Shown: positions 9,858 through 17,535 of the stretch, in pieces
Layout of the letters: each line of letters starts with the position of its first letter
How positions within the stretch are numbered: position 1 is the stretch's first letter
From: Candidatus Woesearchaeota archaeon
GTDB lineage: Archaea; Nanobdellota; Nanobdellia; Woesearchaeales; GW2011-AR9
Reading direction: 5' to 3'
Assembly (NCBI GenBank): GCA_013331555.1
Contig: DUGB01000134.1
Span: forward strand, 244 to 42,027
Length of the DNA stretch: 41,784 nt
Translations under genes and position numbers: made by a program
Notes under the pieces: generated by a model
What the model was told of the DNA's origin: nothing
What the model saw: only the letters and a program-made list of their open reading frames with translations
The model's database searches: none

Positions 9858-9878
9858 GTATTTAAAGTTTATGGAAAA

Positions 9879-10877
9879 TTAAAGCTGTGAGCTCAAAAAA
9901 TGCTCAAATTCATGTGCAATCATAGCTAGGTATTCTTTTCCTTCCACTTTTTCGATCATAAACGGAGGTAATGTTTCTATTCCATATCTCCCCGCAGCAA
10001 TCCCTGTACAAATTGAGGCTAAGGAATCAACATCTCCACCCATATATATTGAGACACGCAACGCTTCCATCGTGCTTCGAGCGTGTTTTAGAATATATAA
10101 TGCGCAACCTCCGGTGAGCATTGCATCAGAAGGCAGGCCATTAATCCCAGGCATATTGACGATTGGCTGCGGTCCGCATAAAATTTTATAATCTTCTTTT
10201 TTGAGTTTCTCGGGGGCAGGTAACGTATCTATGACATCAAGTAATTTTTCTGTTTCACAGTCAATGTTTCTGATAAATTGTTTACAATAAGATATTATTT
10301 TCTGTGGATTTCCATCGTGAAGAAGCAGATACTGCGCTGCCCGAGCGACTATGATACTGGCAGCTCTTGCTTTTGGATGGGGATGTGTTGCATCAGCATT
10401 GATAATTGCATAGGTATCAATCAACTCTTCTTGGACATATCCTAAAGGAATTGCTCGCATTGGTGGTGCATTTCCCGGAGATTGATTTTCTTGCTGGGAG
10501 CTTCTTATTTCTTCAATAGTTTTTTCTCCCGTGTATACTTTTTTCATTGCACCATGACCTTGCCGGCCATATCCTTTTCTTTCCTTGTCGCTTTCATATT
10601 CTTGAATCCAAAACTGCACTAATAAATCAGGAGTAAATACTTTTTGAGAACGTAATGCTTTGATGATTCCGATGGTCATCTCCGTGTCATCGGTATAATT
10701 TCCTACTATGTAATTTTCAGCATATTTTCCTTTTCGCGCAGTGATATACTCTGTAAAATCAATATGTTCACGAATCCATTCTCTGCTTTGAAATTCAATA
10801 CCAGCTCCAAAAGCATCGCCAATAGCGATTCCGAATAAGACATTAACAAAATTCATTTTGACTATTGCCTCGAGCAT
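9879..10877 (-). CDS. ADP-ribosylglycohydrolase (DraG/ARH family)
   Basis: G.AIGDAFG, YTDDTEM, GNAPPMR, ATH.HP, GGDVDS motifs. Confidence 0.92.
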   Translation of the reverse strand: MLEAIVKMNFVNVLFGIAIGDAFGAGIEFQSREWIREHIDFTEYITARKGKYAENYIVGNYTDDTEMTIGIIKALRSQKVFTPDLLVQFWIQEYESDKERKGYGRQGHGAMKKVYTGEKTIEEIRSSQQENQSPGNAPPMRAIPLGYVQEELIDTYAIINADATHPHPKARAASIIVARAAQYLLLHDGNPQKIISYCKQFIRNIDCETEKLLDVIDTLPAPEKLKKEDYKILCGPQPIVNMPGINGLPSDAMLTGGCALYILKHARSTMEALRVSIYMGGDVDSLASICTGIAAGRYGIETLPPFMIEKVEGKEYLAMIAHEFEHFLSSQL

Positions 10878-10882
10878 GGTTT

Positions 10883-11796
10883 TTAATCATTTCGCACTCG
10901 GTAGACTTTTCGTTCCGCAGGTTTTATCACTACTTTTCTTCCTGCAGCGAATTCAACATAATCCTGTTCAATCCCATCACTGAAAATTACTCCTTCTTCA
11001 GGCATATTTGAGGTAATCATTAATGGCCTCGCAACTGAAACGGTGCCCGTAACAATTTCTGTTCCAGTTGCTTTTGAAGGAAAAGGCTCACGAACAGCAA
11101 ATTTGAGACAATCTGTATCGCGGGCAAATGATATTTCTCCTCTTTTTCCAGCAGCGAGAGCATATGCTCCGGTAATAATAGACGTGTACCAACCTGTTGA
11201 TCCTGATCCTGTGCTTACAATTATTCCACTAGAAGATTGCCGCTCACTTTTTCCTGCAAATTCAATTTCATATCGTGCTGAGATATGTGTTCTTCGTCCA
11301 ATAAAAAATCATTTAAAGCGTACAGCTCCTCTCCATTTTCCAACACTGCCTGCGCTAAAGTTAGTTTTTCACAAGTATACTTTCCTGCTACCGTTTCTTG
11401 TAACTTTCTGGCAAAGCCATCTGGATAACACGTAGTAAAAACATCATCAAATCGTTCTCGATCTGGATTCACCATTATTACTGGTTGCTCTCCAACATAT
11501 TTGGCCGTATTGACAAATAATCCCGGATCTCCTACAACAACAATTACATCTTTATCCCCTACTTGAAAAGTGGCAAGGTGTTCTTTATTCACTTCCTGAA
11601 ATCTCATTCCACTAGGGACAGCAGACTTGACTTGATTTATTCCTGCAGTATACGCTTGATGCGCTTGCTGGTAAAAGTCAAAATGTTGTCCTCGCGATTC
11701 CAAGAAAAACTTAACCTGAGAAGTTGTGCCGTGTCTGGCAATCAACCCCTCAAGCGCTGTTCTTTTTGTAACCAAAACAATTTTTTCTAAAGTCAT
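10883..11796 (-). pseudogene. NAD-kinase-fold (ATP-NAD/sugar kinase-like) gene split by a -1 frameshift at 11302-11308; sequencing error, pseudogene or programmed frameshift
   Basis: Frame 0 reads ...VVGDPGLFVN...ALNDF; -1 frame continues FIGRRTHISARY...QSSSGIIVSTGSGSTGW...VREPFPS...VIFSDGIE to TAA at 10883; joined length 304 aa; stop lies 5 nt before the next ATG. Confidence 0.82.
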
Positions 11797-11811
11797 TTTT
11801 CGTTATGCTCC

Positions 11812-12669
11812 CTAGCGCAATCCTGCCAAGATTTCCGGAGTGATAGTTAGAGTCTCAATCCGCGCGGCATTTCTACCGAGTTCATACAACGCATGGGCAC
11901 GTAATACTTCTGCTGACATGCCATCGTACACGGCAAGTTCTAAGCGTCTTGCATCAGCTCTGATCTTTGCTTCATCCATGTTGTTTCTTCCTTGGAGTTC
12001 AACCAATTGTGCTCGCTGTTCTTCAAGAGCAATACTGTTTGCAAGTTCATTCTCTTTGATTGTTCTTTCTTGTTCAACTGCTCGAGCTCTTCGTTTGTAC
12101 TCTGCATCTGCTGCTTTTTCTAACAATCCTTCTCGATATTCTGCTCCTAATGCTTTAGCAATTTGCGGCGGCGGAACAATTGCAGAGAAATACAGCATTG
12201 TCACTTCTAATCCCAACCCTTTAATCGCTGTCGAATTTTGCACCTCTGCAGACACTTCTGCGGATAATCGATCTGCCATTACCAATAATGGTTCTAACTT
12301 TGTGCTTTGTGTAATTCTCCGTGAAGTTCCTCGTATTCTCTGCACCACATGTTCTGGTAATTTTTGATTGTCATCTTTCAAGTACTGTCTTGTTACCGGA
12401 TTGATGGCGAAATTATAGGCGGCGAGAATTTTCTCTGGGTCAGTTATTTTATACAAGAAACCTCCTTGTAAAGAAACTTCTTGTTTATCTTCACTGGACT
12501 CCGTAAAAGAAAATGGCTGCTCAACAATTGCTGTCCCGGTCAATTCAATACTTGTTCGATGGGGTAAATAAAACCCAGCAATTCCTAATCCAGCGTCAAC
12601 ACTTTTTCCATTAACGACAAATCGGGCGTATTCGGTTGGTGCTGCTTTGAAATATCCTACTAGTTTCAT
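11812..12669 (-). CDS. SPFH / Band-7 domain protein
   Basis: YFKA.PTEY N-terminus, band-7 core, C-terminal coiled coil (YKRRARAVEQERTIKENEL). Confidence 0.85.
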   Translation of the reverse strand: MKLVGYFKAAPTEYARFVVNGKSVDAGLGIAGFYLPHRTSIELTGTAIVEQPFSFTESSEDKQEVSLQGGFLYKITDPEKILAAYNFAINPVTRQYLKDDNQKLPEHVVQRIRGTSRRITQSTKLEPLLVMADRLSAEVSAEVQNSTAIKGLGLEVTMLYFSAIVPPPQIAKALGAEYREGLLEKAADAEYKRRARAVEQERTIKENELANSIALEEQRAQLVELQGRNNMDEAKIRADARRLELAVYDGMSAEVLRAHALYELGRNAARIETLTITPEILAGLR

Positions 12670-12671
12670 CT

Positions 12672-13310
12672 TTATTCCCTCCGTATATATTTTTTAATGT
12701 CTGAAGTTCTGGTTAGAATTGCTCCTTCTGCTTCCCATCTCTTCAATACGTCTTCTTCCGGAAGATTTGGTAATCCTTTTATGGCATCAATTGGTACTAC
12801 AACATCGTATCCTCTTTCCAGAAGTCCTCGTACGGCAAAGTCAACACAAACGTTTGTTGCCACTCCATAAACTACATACTGACAATCACCCAATTCACTC
12901 ACAACACGATCAGTATGTCTATTTCCCGCAAATACATCAAAAGCATCTTTATACAGGACGATGTTACGTGCTTCGCGTAATCTGCTGCTATCGACATCTT
13001 TCGCTTTCCAATCAATACAATACGTATATAGCGCAGCTTGTGGTTTTGTTGCGGGAACAAATTCAACACCCGGTGTTCCCTGCAAGCAATGTGGTGGAAA
13101 AGTGTTCCTGAAATCCGGCGTATCTGATAATTCTGTGGAATCACAGGTATGATAATCGGCAGTATTCACAACAACAATTCCTTCTTGATCTGCAAGTTGG
13201 GTTAGAGATGTTAGATTAGGTTCAATTGCCTCTGCCCCGGCAACATATAATGCACCCTCTCTTCGCATAAAGTCGTGCTGTGTATCTACATTCCAAAATC
13301 TTGTCTTCAT
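12672..13310 (-). CDS. pncA: Nicotinamidase (isochorismatase family)
   Basis: VDTQHDF, D.H, FPPHC, K, YGVATNVCV catalytic motifs; AGGAGG SD fits ATG 13310 better than 13319. Confidence 0.9.
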   Translation of the reverse strand: MKTRFWNVDTQHDFMRREGALYVAGAEAIEPNLTSLTQLADQEGIVVVNTADYHTCDSTELSDTPDFRNTFPPHCLQGTPGVEFVPATKPQAALYTYCIDWKAKDVDSSRLREARNIVLYKDAFDVFAGNRHTDRVVSELGDCQYVVYGVATNVCVDFAVRGLLERGYDVVVPIDAIKGLPNLPEEDVLKRWEAEGAILTRTSDIKKYIRRE

Positions 13311-13326
13311 GGTATTCATCCTCCTA

Positions 13327-13345
13327 AATTGTATTTTTTACACTA
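13327..13345. promoter_or_regulatory. NrtR-type operator between pncB and pncA
   Basis: AATTGT-ATTTTTT-ACACTA, next to the pncA SD. Confidence 0.72.
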
Positions 13346-13351
13346 AATTTT

Positions 13352-14809
13352 TCATGAAAAAATGGTACGAGTGGCAAATCCATAATCCTCCCGAATCATA
13401 TCTTGTGCTTGCTGTACTCCTTCTGAAACAATAACTTTGTACTGCGTTGCATCTCTCAATTTTGCTAATTGCTCTTTTCTTCGTTCAGAAATTTCAGCGA
13501 TGGTCGGAAAATCATAGACTTGTTCTCCTTTGATGATGATAGGAACAAGTAATCCTTCTGCAGTGTCTCCTTCATTCAGGTATTTGCTGATATCCTCTCC
13601 TTCAAATGCAATGACGTCTCGTTTGTAAAATCCATCTGTGCCTGTTATTCTGTATACTTGTTTTATTCCAGGTAGAGTTGATTTTTCTCTGCTTTCGGAC
13701 AGTTTTCCCCTGAGAATTAATTCTTCTTTGTCATCGTAAAAGGCAGCAAGTTTGTACACTCCTTCCACTGGTTTTGGTGGGTTGACAACAAAAGTTCCTA
13801 ATAAATATTTGTCAATGTCTGCTTCTTCTCTTTCTAATCTCGCAATTTTTCCAGCCGTGAGGTCATCTGAGGCTATCAATGTATATCTTTCTCGTCCATA
13901 TCCTCTGTCTTTCATTTGCTGGTGAATCCAGTGTGCTTGCTGGAGAAGATTGCCACTATCAATACGGAATGCACAATGCTCCAAATTCTCTTCTTCGACA
14001 ATGCTCAATGCAGTCTCAAACGCTTTTTGTAGGTTATAGGTATCTAATAGGAAACACACTTTGTCTCTCAACGTGTTGGTTTGCGCCTTAAATGCTGAAT
14101 ATTCATCAGGATGCAGCATGACATACGAATGCCCATGTGTTCCTCCTACTTTTTCCTGATATTCCATGCCAAAAGCAACATTGGATGAAGCTGTGAAACC
14201 ACCAATTCTCGCGGCGCGCGAATTAAATAAAGCACTCTGTGGACTGCCGGCCCGTCTGCTTCCTCCTTCCAATATAATTTTGTTTGTAACTTCAGCAATA
14301 TCATTGGCAGTAGATGCAACATTAGTTTGGGGATTGATTGTGTTGAGAATCACACTTTCAAAAACCTGCGCTTCTTCAAAACGTTCATGAACTCTCAATT
14401 GATGTTCCTGTGCAAAGAAGATTGTGCCTTCCGGCATTCCATAGACATCTCCTGTAAAACGGAGTTGTTCTACCCAATCTAAAAATTCAGGATCAGTAAT
14501 GCCCTGAGCTTCTTGTAAATATGTTTTTAATTCTGTATTCCCTCTTGCTTCCAGAAAATATGCCGCTATTTGCTCTAGCCCAGCATTAATTAGAAAATCA
14601 CGCTTGACTCGTTCATCGTATTTTACGCCTTCTCGTTCGAATTCACCAACAACTTTATTTGCCGGCATTCTTCGTACAACGAGATCAAAAATCGCTTGTC
14701 TACCTGCAATTTTTTCTTGTTGATTAGCATGAGCCATGGAATATTCATAATAATCTCCTACAGCAACTGCTAAATCTGTAGTAAATTCAAGCGGGTTAGG
14801 ATTTCTCAT
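13352..14809 (-). CDS. pncB: Nicotinate phosphoribosyltransferase
   Basis: DYYEYSM, MPEGT.FF, EGGSRRA, GTHGHS, LLDTY, RIDSG, VYKL, LPG.KQVYR. Confidence 0.92.
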   Translation of the reverse strand: MRNPNPLEFTTDLAVAVGDYYEYSMAHANQQEKIAGRQAIFDLVVRRMPANKVVGEFEREGVKYDERVKRDFLINAGLEQIAAYFLEARGNTELKTYLQEAQGITDPEFLDWVEQLRFTGDVYGMPEGTIFFAQEHQLRVHERFEEAQVFESVILNTINPQTNVASTANDIAEVTNKIILEGGSRRAGSPQSALFNSRAARIGGFTASSNVAFGMEYQEKVGGTHGHSYVMLHPDEYSAFKAQTNTLRDKVCFLLDTYNLQKAFETALSIVEEENLEHCAFRIDSGNLLQQAHWIHQQMKDRGYGRERYTLIASDDLTAGKIARLEREEADIDKYLLGTFVVNPPKPVEGVYKLAAFYDDKEELILRGKLSESREKSTLPGIKQVYRITGTDGFYKRDVIAFEGEDISKYLNEGDTAEGLLVPIIIKGEQVYDFPTIAEISERRKEQLAKLRDATQYKVIVSEGVQQAQDMIREDYGFATRTIFS

Positions 14810-15243
14810 TGGAGTCTTAACTCCATGAATGGTAAGCTGTCTAAGCTTTCTGCATCTTCAGCCTTTATTGGCAACTGTCTTGTTTTTGCTACATCAACAT
14901 CTATCCAAGAAGCATCTTTCATTTTTGAAGCAAAATAACTTCCAATGCGTGCTGAGAAGTATTGAACAAGGTGTCCAGTTCGTTCATCTATTTCTGTTGC
15001 TATTGGTTGATACCGTGCTGCTGGTAAAGATAATCCATGCTGTCCATACATTAAGAGGGCTACATCTTCCGCTGTTGGTTTGCACTCTCTGAGGGTGGGA
15101 AGAATTACTCTTCCTGCTTGTTGAGAAAGAAGCTCTCTTGTTTCCACATTTGTGATGAGGACTCGAGCTTCTTGCCAACTGTCTAACTTAGGAGTGTATT
15201 GTTCTACTTCTGTTCTTAGTACGGCGGCATACATGTTTTTCAC
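14806..15243 (-). CDS. Hypothetical protein, possibly a degenerate Nudix fold
   Basis: GTG start, 4-nt overlap with pncB; Nudix-like pattern ARVLIT...LP......TAEDVA......HGL...YF.A...W without catalytic Glu residues. Confidence 0.6.
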   Translation of the reverse strand: MKNMYAAVLRTEVEQYTPKLDSWQEARVLITNVETRELLSQQAGRVILPTLRECKPTAEDVALLMYGQHGLSLPAARYQPIATEIDERTGHLVQYFSARIGSYFASKMKDASWIDVDVAKTRQLPIKAEDAESLDSLPFMELRLQ

Positions 15244-15250
15244 ATTTTAA

Positions 15251-15401
15251 TATTGTTTTGATTACACTAACATTTTGATAAAAATAACCCGTGAGTGTAT
15301 TCTGGTTTGATAATTTATCAAATTGATTATTTTTCGCATGTTTAAAGTGTATTATTGACACTTATATTTAAATGTTGTGAAATAGTATTAAAATTACACT
15401 A
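15251..15401. promoter_or_regulatory. Operon promoter with three NrtR-type operators
   Basis: TATTGT-TTTGATT-ACACTA (15251-15269), AAGTGT-ATTATTG-ACACTT (15345-15363), TAGTAT-TAAAATT-ACACTA (15383-15401); minus-strand TTTAAATA at 15365-15372 between the last two. Confidence 0.8.
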
Positions 15402-15439
15402 AGTAAGTGTACTATACCACTGACTCAGAAAAAATGTAG

Positions 15440-16102
15440 TTATCCTTTTCTCAGAAATGAATACAACGCCGCAGGACGATGAGGTCCTTCTTGCTTTTTC
15501 TTCTTCAAATCTTTAAGAATTTGTAATTCTGCAATTTTTTTGCGAAAATTACGTTTGTCAAGTTTTTTACCAAGAATAATCTCATATGCTTTCTGTAATT
15601 CGGTGAGTGTAAATTCATCCGGCATAAGTTGGAAAGCAAAATCTGTTTCCCAAATTTTTCCACGAAGCCGGTTTACGGCATAGTCAATTATTTCTTTATG
15701 ATCAAAAGCAAGTTTTGGTAAATCATAGACGGAGTACCAAGTGAATAAATTTCCTTGCTGAAAATCTATTTTAGATGATTCAACTAAACCGTAATAGACA
15801 ATAGAGATTGTACGAATACGAGTATCACGTTCAAGATTGCTTCCAAAGGTGTATAATTGTTCGAGAAAAACTCCACTGGAATTGATACCCCCTTTCTGTT
15901 TTAAAGCAGTTCGAGCAGTGTCCTCGATAGTTTCCTCGTAGCGAACAAATCGTCCGGGAAGAGCAAATTTACCGAAATAAGGCTCATCCTGGCGTTGAAT
16001 AAGACCAACTTTAAGATCATCGTTTTTAATGGTGAAGAGAACAACATCAACGGCAATACCGGGACGTTTAAACTGGAAAATATCACTCTCCTCTTTGGCC
16101 AT
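15440..16102 (-). CDS. nrtR: NrtR-family transcriptional repressor (Nudix + winged HTH)
   Basis: AVDVVLF, degenerate Nudix box ALPGRFV..EET, LEQLYTFG...RD, LAFDH, FTLTELQ.AYE.ILG..LDKRNFRKK, G.HRPA.LY. Confidence 0.93.
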   Translation of the reverse strand: MAKEESDIFQFKRPGIAVDVVLFTIKNDDLKVGLIQRQDEPYFGKFALPGRFVRYEETIEDTARTALKQKGGINSSGVFLEQLYTFGSNLERDTRIRTISIVYYGLVESSKIDFQQGNLFTWYSVYDLPKLAFDHKEIIDYAVNRLRGKIWETDFAFQLMPDEFTLTELQKAYEIILGKKLDKRNFRKKIAELQILKDLKKKKQEGPHRPAALYSFLRKG

Positions 16103-16134
16103 ACTGTAGTTACTACAATAACAATCTTTATAAA
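16102..16134. promoter_or_regulatory. nrtR autoregulatory operator plus palindromic bidirectional TATA box
   Basis: TACTGT-AGTTACT-ACAATA (16102-16120); TTTATAAA (16127-16134) about 25 nt from both the nrtR ATG and the HIT-gene GTG 16158. Confidence 0.65.
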
Positions 16135-16145
16135 AGTTGTGACCA

Positions 16146-16568
16146 ATGATCTTTAGTGTGGTAACGTGTATTTTTTGTAAGATTGGTACCGGTGAAATAC
16201 CTGCTCATAAAGTCTATGAAGATGACTCTGCTTTGGCCTTTTTAGATATTAAACCCCATGCAGGTGGTCATACTGTCGTTATTCCTAAAAAACACGGCGA
16301 AACGGTTTTTGATCTCTCTCAGGATGACGTACAAAAGTTAATGTTGAGTGTTACAAAAACAATGCAGCGTATTCAATATGTTCTGAATCCAGATGGATTC
16401 AACGTCGGCTGGAACCACAATACTGCGGGTGGACAAGTTGTTCCGCATCTGCATATCCATATCTTTCCACGCTATTTGAATGATAATGGTGGAAGTATGC
16501 ATTCAATCATTACTAATCCTGGAAATGAAAGTGTGGAGAATATTGCAAAACGATTTCAAAAGAAGTGA
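16146..16568 (+). CDS. HIT family hydrolase
   Basis: CIFCKI, AFLDI.P...GHT.VIPKKH, AGGQVVPHLHIHIFPR; real start may be GTG 16158. Confidence 0.93.
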   Translation: MIFSVVTCIFCKIGTGEIPAHKVYEDDSALAFLDIKPHAGGHTVVIPKKHGETVFDLSQDDVQKLMLSVTKTMQRIQYVLNPDGFNVGWNHNTAGGQVVPHLHIHIFPRYLNDNGGSMHSIITNPGNESVENIAKRFQKK

Positions 16569-16577
16569 GGCGTAACG

Positions 16578-17000
16578 TTGGATCATCTGGCAATTCTGTC
16601 GAAAAAAGGCGATTGGTTAGCAAAAATTCTTTCTGGAGAAAAAACAATCGAATCTCGTTGGTATAAACATAAGAAAGGTCCATATGGAACAATTAAAGCC
16701 GGCGATACTATTTACTTCAAAGAATCAGGAGAACCAGTTACGGCAAAAGCTAGAGTTGAGAAAGCTCTTTTTTTCGCGGATTTGTATCCTGCTACAATAC
16801 AGAAAATTTTAGATGATTATGGCAAACAAATATGCCTCCAAAATTATACTCTTGAGGCGTACAAGAGGACCAATTATGTTACGCTTGTATTTCTAGTAGA
16901 TGTAAAGGCGATAGAGCCTTTTAAAATTAATAAGAAAGGCTATGGGTTGATGGCAGCGTGGATTACCGTTGATTCGATTGATAGGATACGAGTAAATTAA
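16578..17000 (+). CDS. ASCH domain protein
   Basis: ILSGEKTIESR and I.AGD.IYF motifs; TTG start with GAGG SD. Confidence 0.85.
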   Translation: MDHLAILSKKGDWLAKILSGEKTIESRWYKHKKGPYGTIKAGDTIYFKESGEPVTAKARVEKALFFADLYPATIQKILDDYGKQICLQNYTLEAYKRTNYVTLVFLVDVKAIEPFKINKKGYGLMAAWITVDSIDRIRVN

Positions 17001-17041
17001 CGATAGCTTTTTATAACGATTATTGTGTTTGAGAGTAAGTC

Positions 17042-17247
17042 GGCAACATAGCTTAACCTGGTTATAGCGCCACGCTCATATACGTTGAGCAATGAGGCTT
17101 TTAGCCAATGACTAACTCTCATGACTGGGTTACGTGGAGGTTTCCGGGTTCAAAAGTCCAAGTACGCTGGGCGAACGTTGTCAAGTGGTGTTTACAACAC
17201 CACGAGCAGCCTCGAAGCGTTTTGGCTTGAAAGTCCCGGTGTTGCCA
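17042..17247 (+). tRNA. tRNA(CAT), probably elongator Met, with two introns (17081-17131 at 37/38; about 17155-17233 in the T-loop)
   Basis: Acceptor GGCAACA/TGTTGCC+A; anticodon stem CCACG/CGTGG with CT-CAT-A; T stem CCGGG/CCCGG; BHB-like helices CTCA/TGGG and TTCA/TGAA; upstream TTTTATAA; not initiator (G1-C72); Ile2 not excluded. Confidence 0.85.
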
Positions 17248-17334
17248 CTTTTTATTATTTTCTTTGCCTAAAGGAGAATACTCAGAAACTGTGCCGAAAT
17301 ATTTATATAAGCAGTTTTAGGTTTTCCAGCAAAT

Positions 17335-17454
17335 GCCGCGATGGCACAACCCGGTACTGCGCAAGCCTGGAAACTTGCTTTGGGCAGGTCCCGAATGCAA
17401 GTGAGGAGAGCTTGTTCCCGTAAGGGTATCCCAGTTCAAATCTGGGTCGCGGCG
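17335..17454 (+). tRNA. tRNA-Ser(GGA) with canonical-position intron (about 17373-17408)
   Basis: Acceptor GCCGCGA/TCGCGGC+G; CAAGC/GCTTG anticodon stem; long variable arm; CCCAG-TTCAAAT-CTGGG; TTTATATA upstream. Confidence 0.9.
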
Positions 17455-17535
17455 TTTTTATTCAAGTATAACGCCAGAAGGCTCACTTCGGGCTACAACC
17501 ATTAAATTTGATATCTTTAAAGGATTTTTAAGAAT

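Noticed and set aside
11043..11435. 130-aa plus-strand ORF
   Set aside because: Antisense shadow of the frameshifted kinase-like gene, whose -1 frame carries the family motifs.
15405..15423. Possible eighth NrtR site AAGTGT-ACTATA-CCACTG
   Set aside because: Spacing is off by one and the right arm lacks the AC core; at most a half-site.
17081..17131. C/D-box guide RNA inside the tRNA(CAT) intron (three ATGA motifs)
   Set aside because: No proper RTGATGA/CTGA boxes and only 5-nt complementarity to the anticodon loop, too short for a guide.
17121..17423. 100-aa ORF in the ORF track
   Set aside because: Overlaps both tRNA genes and has no protein motifs; spurious.
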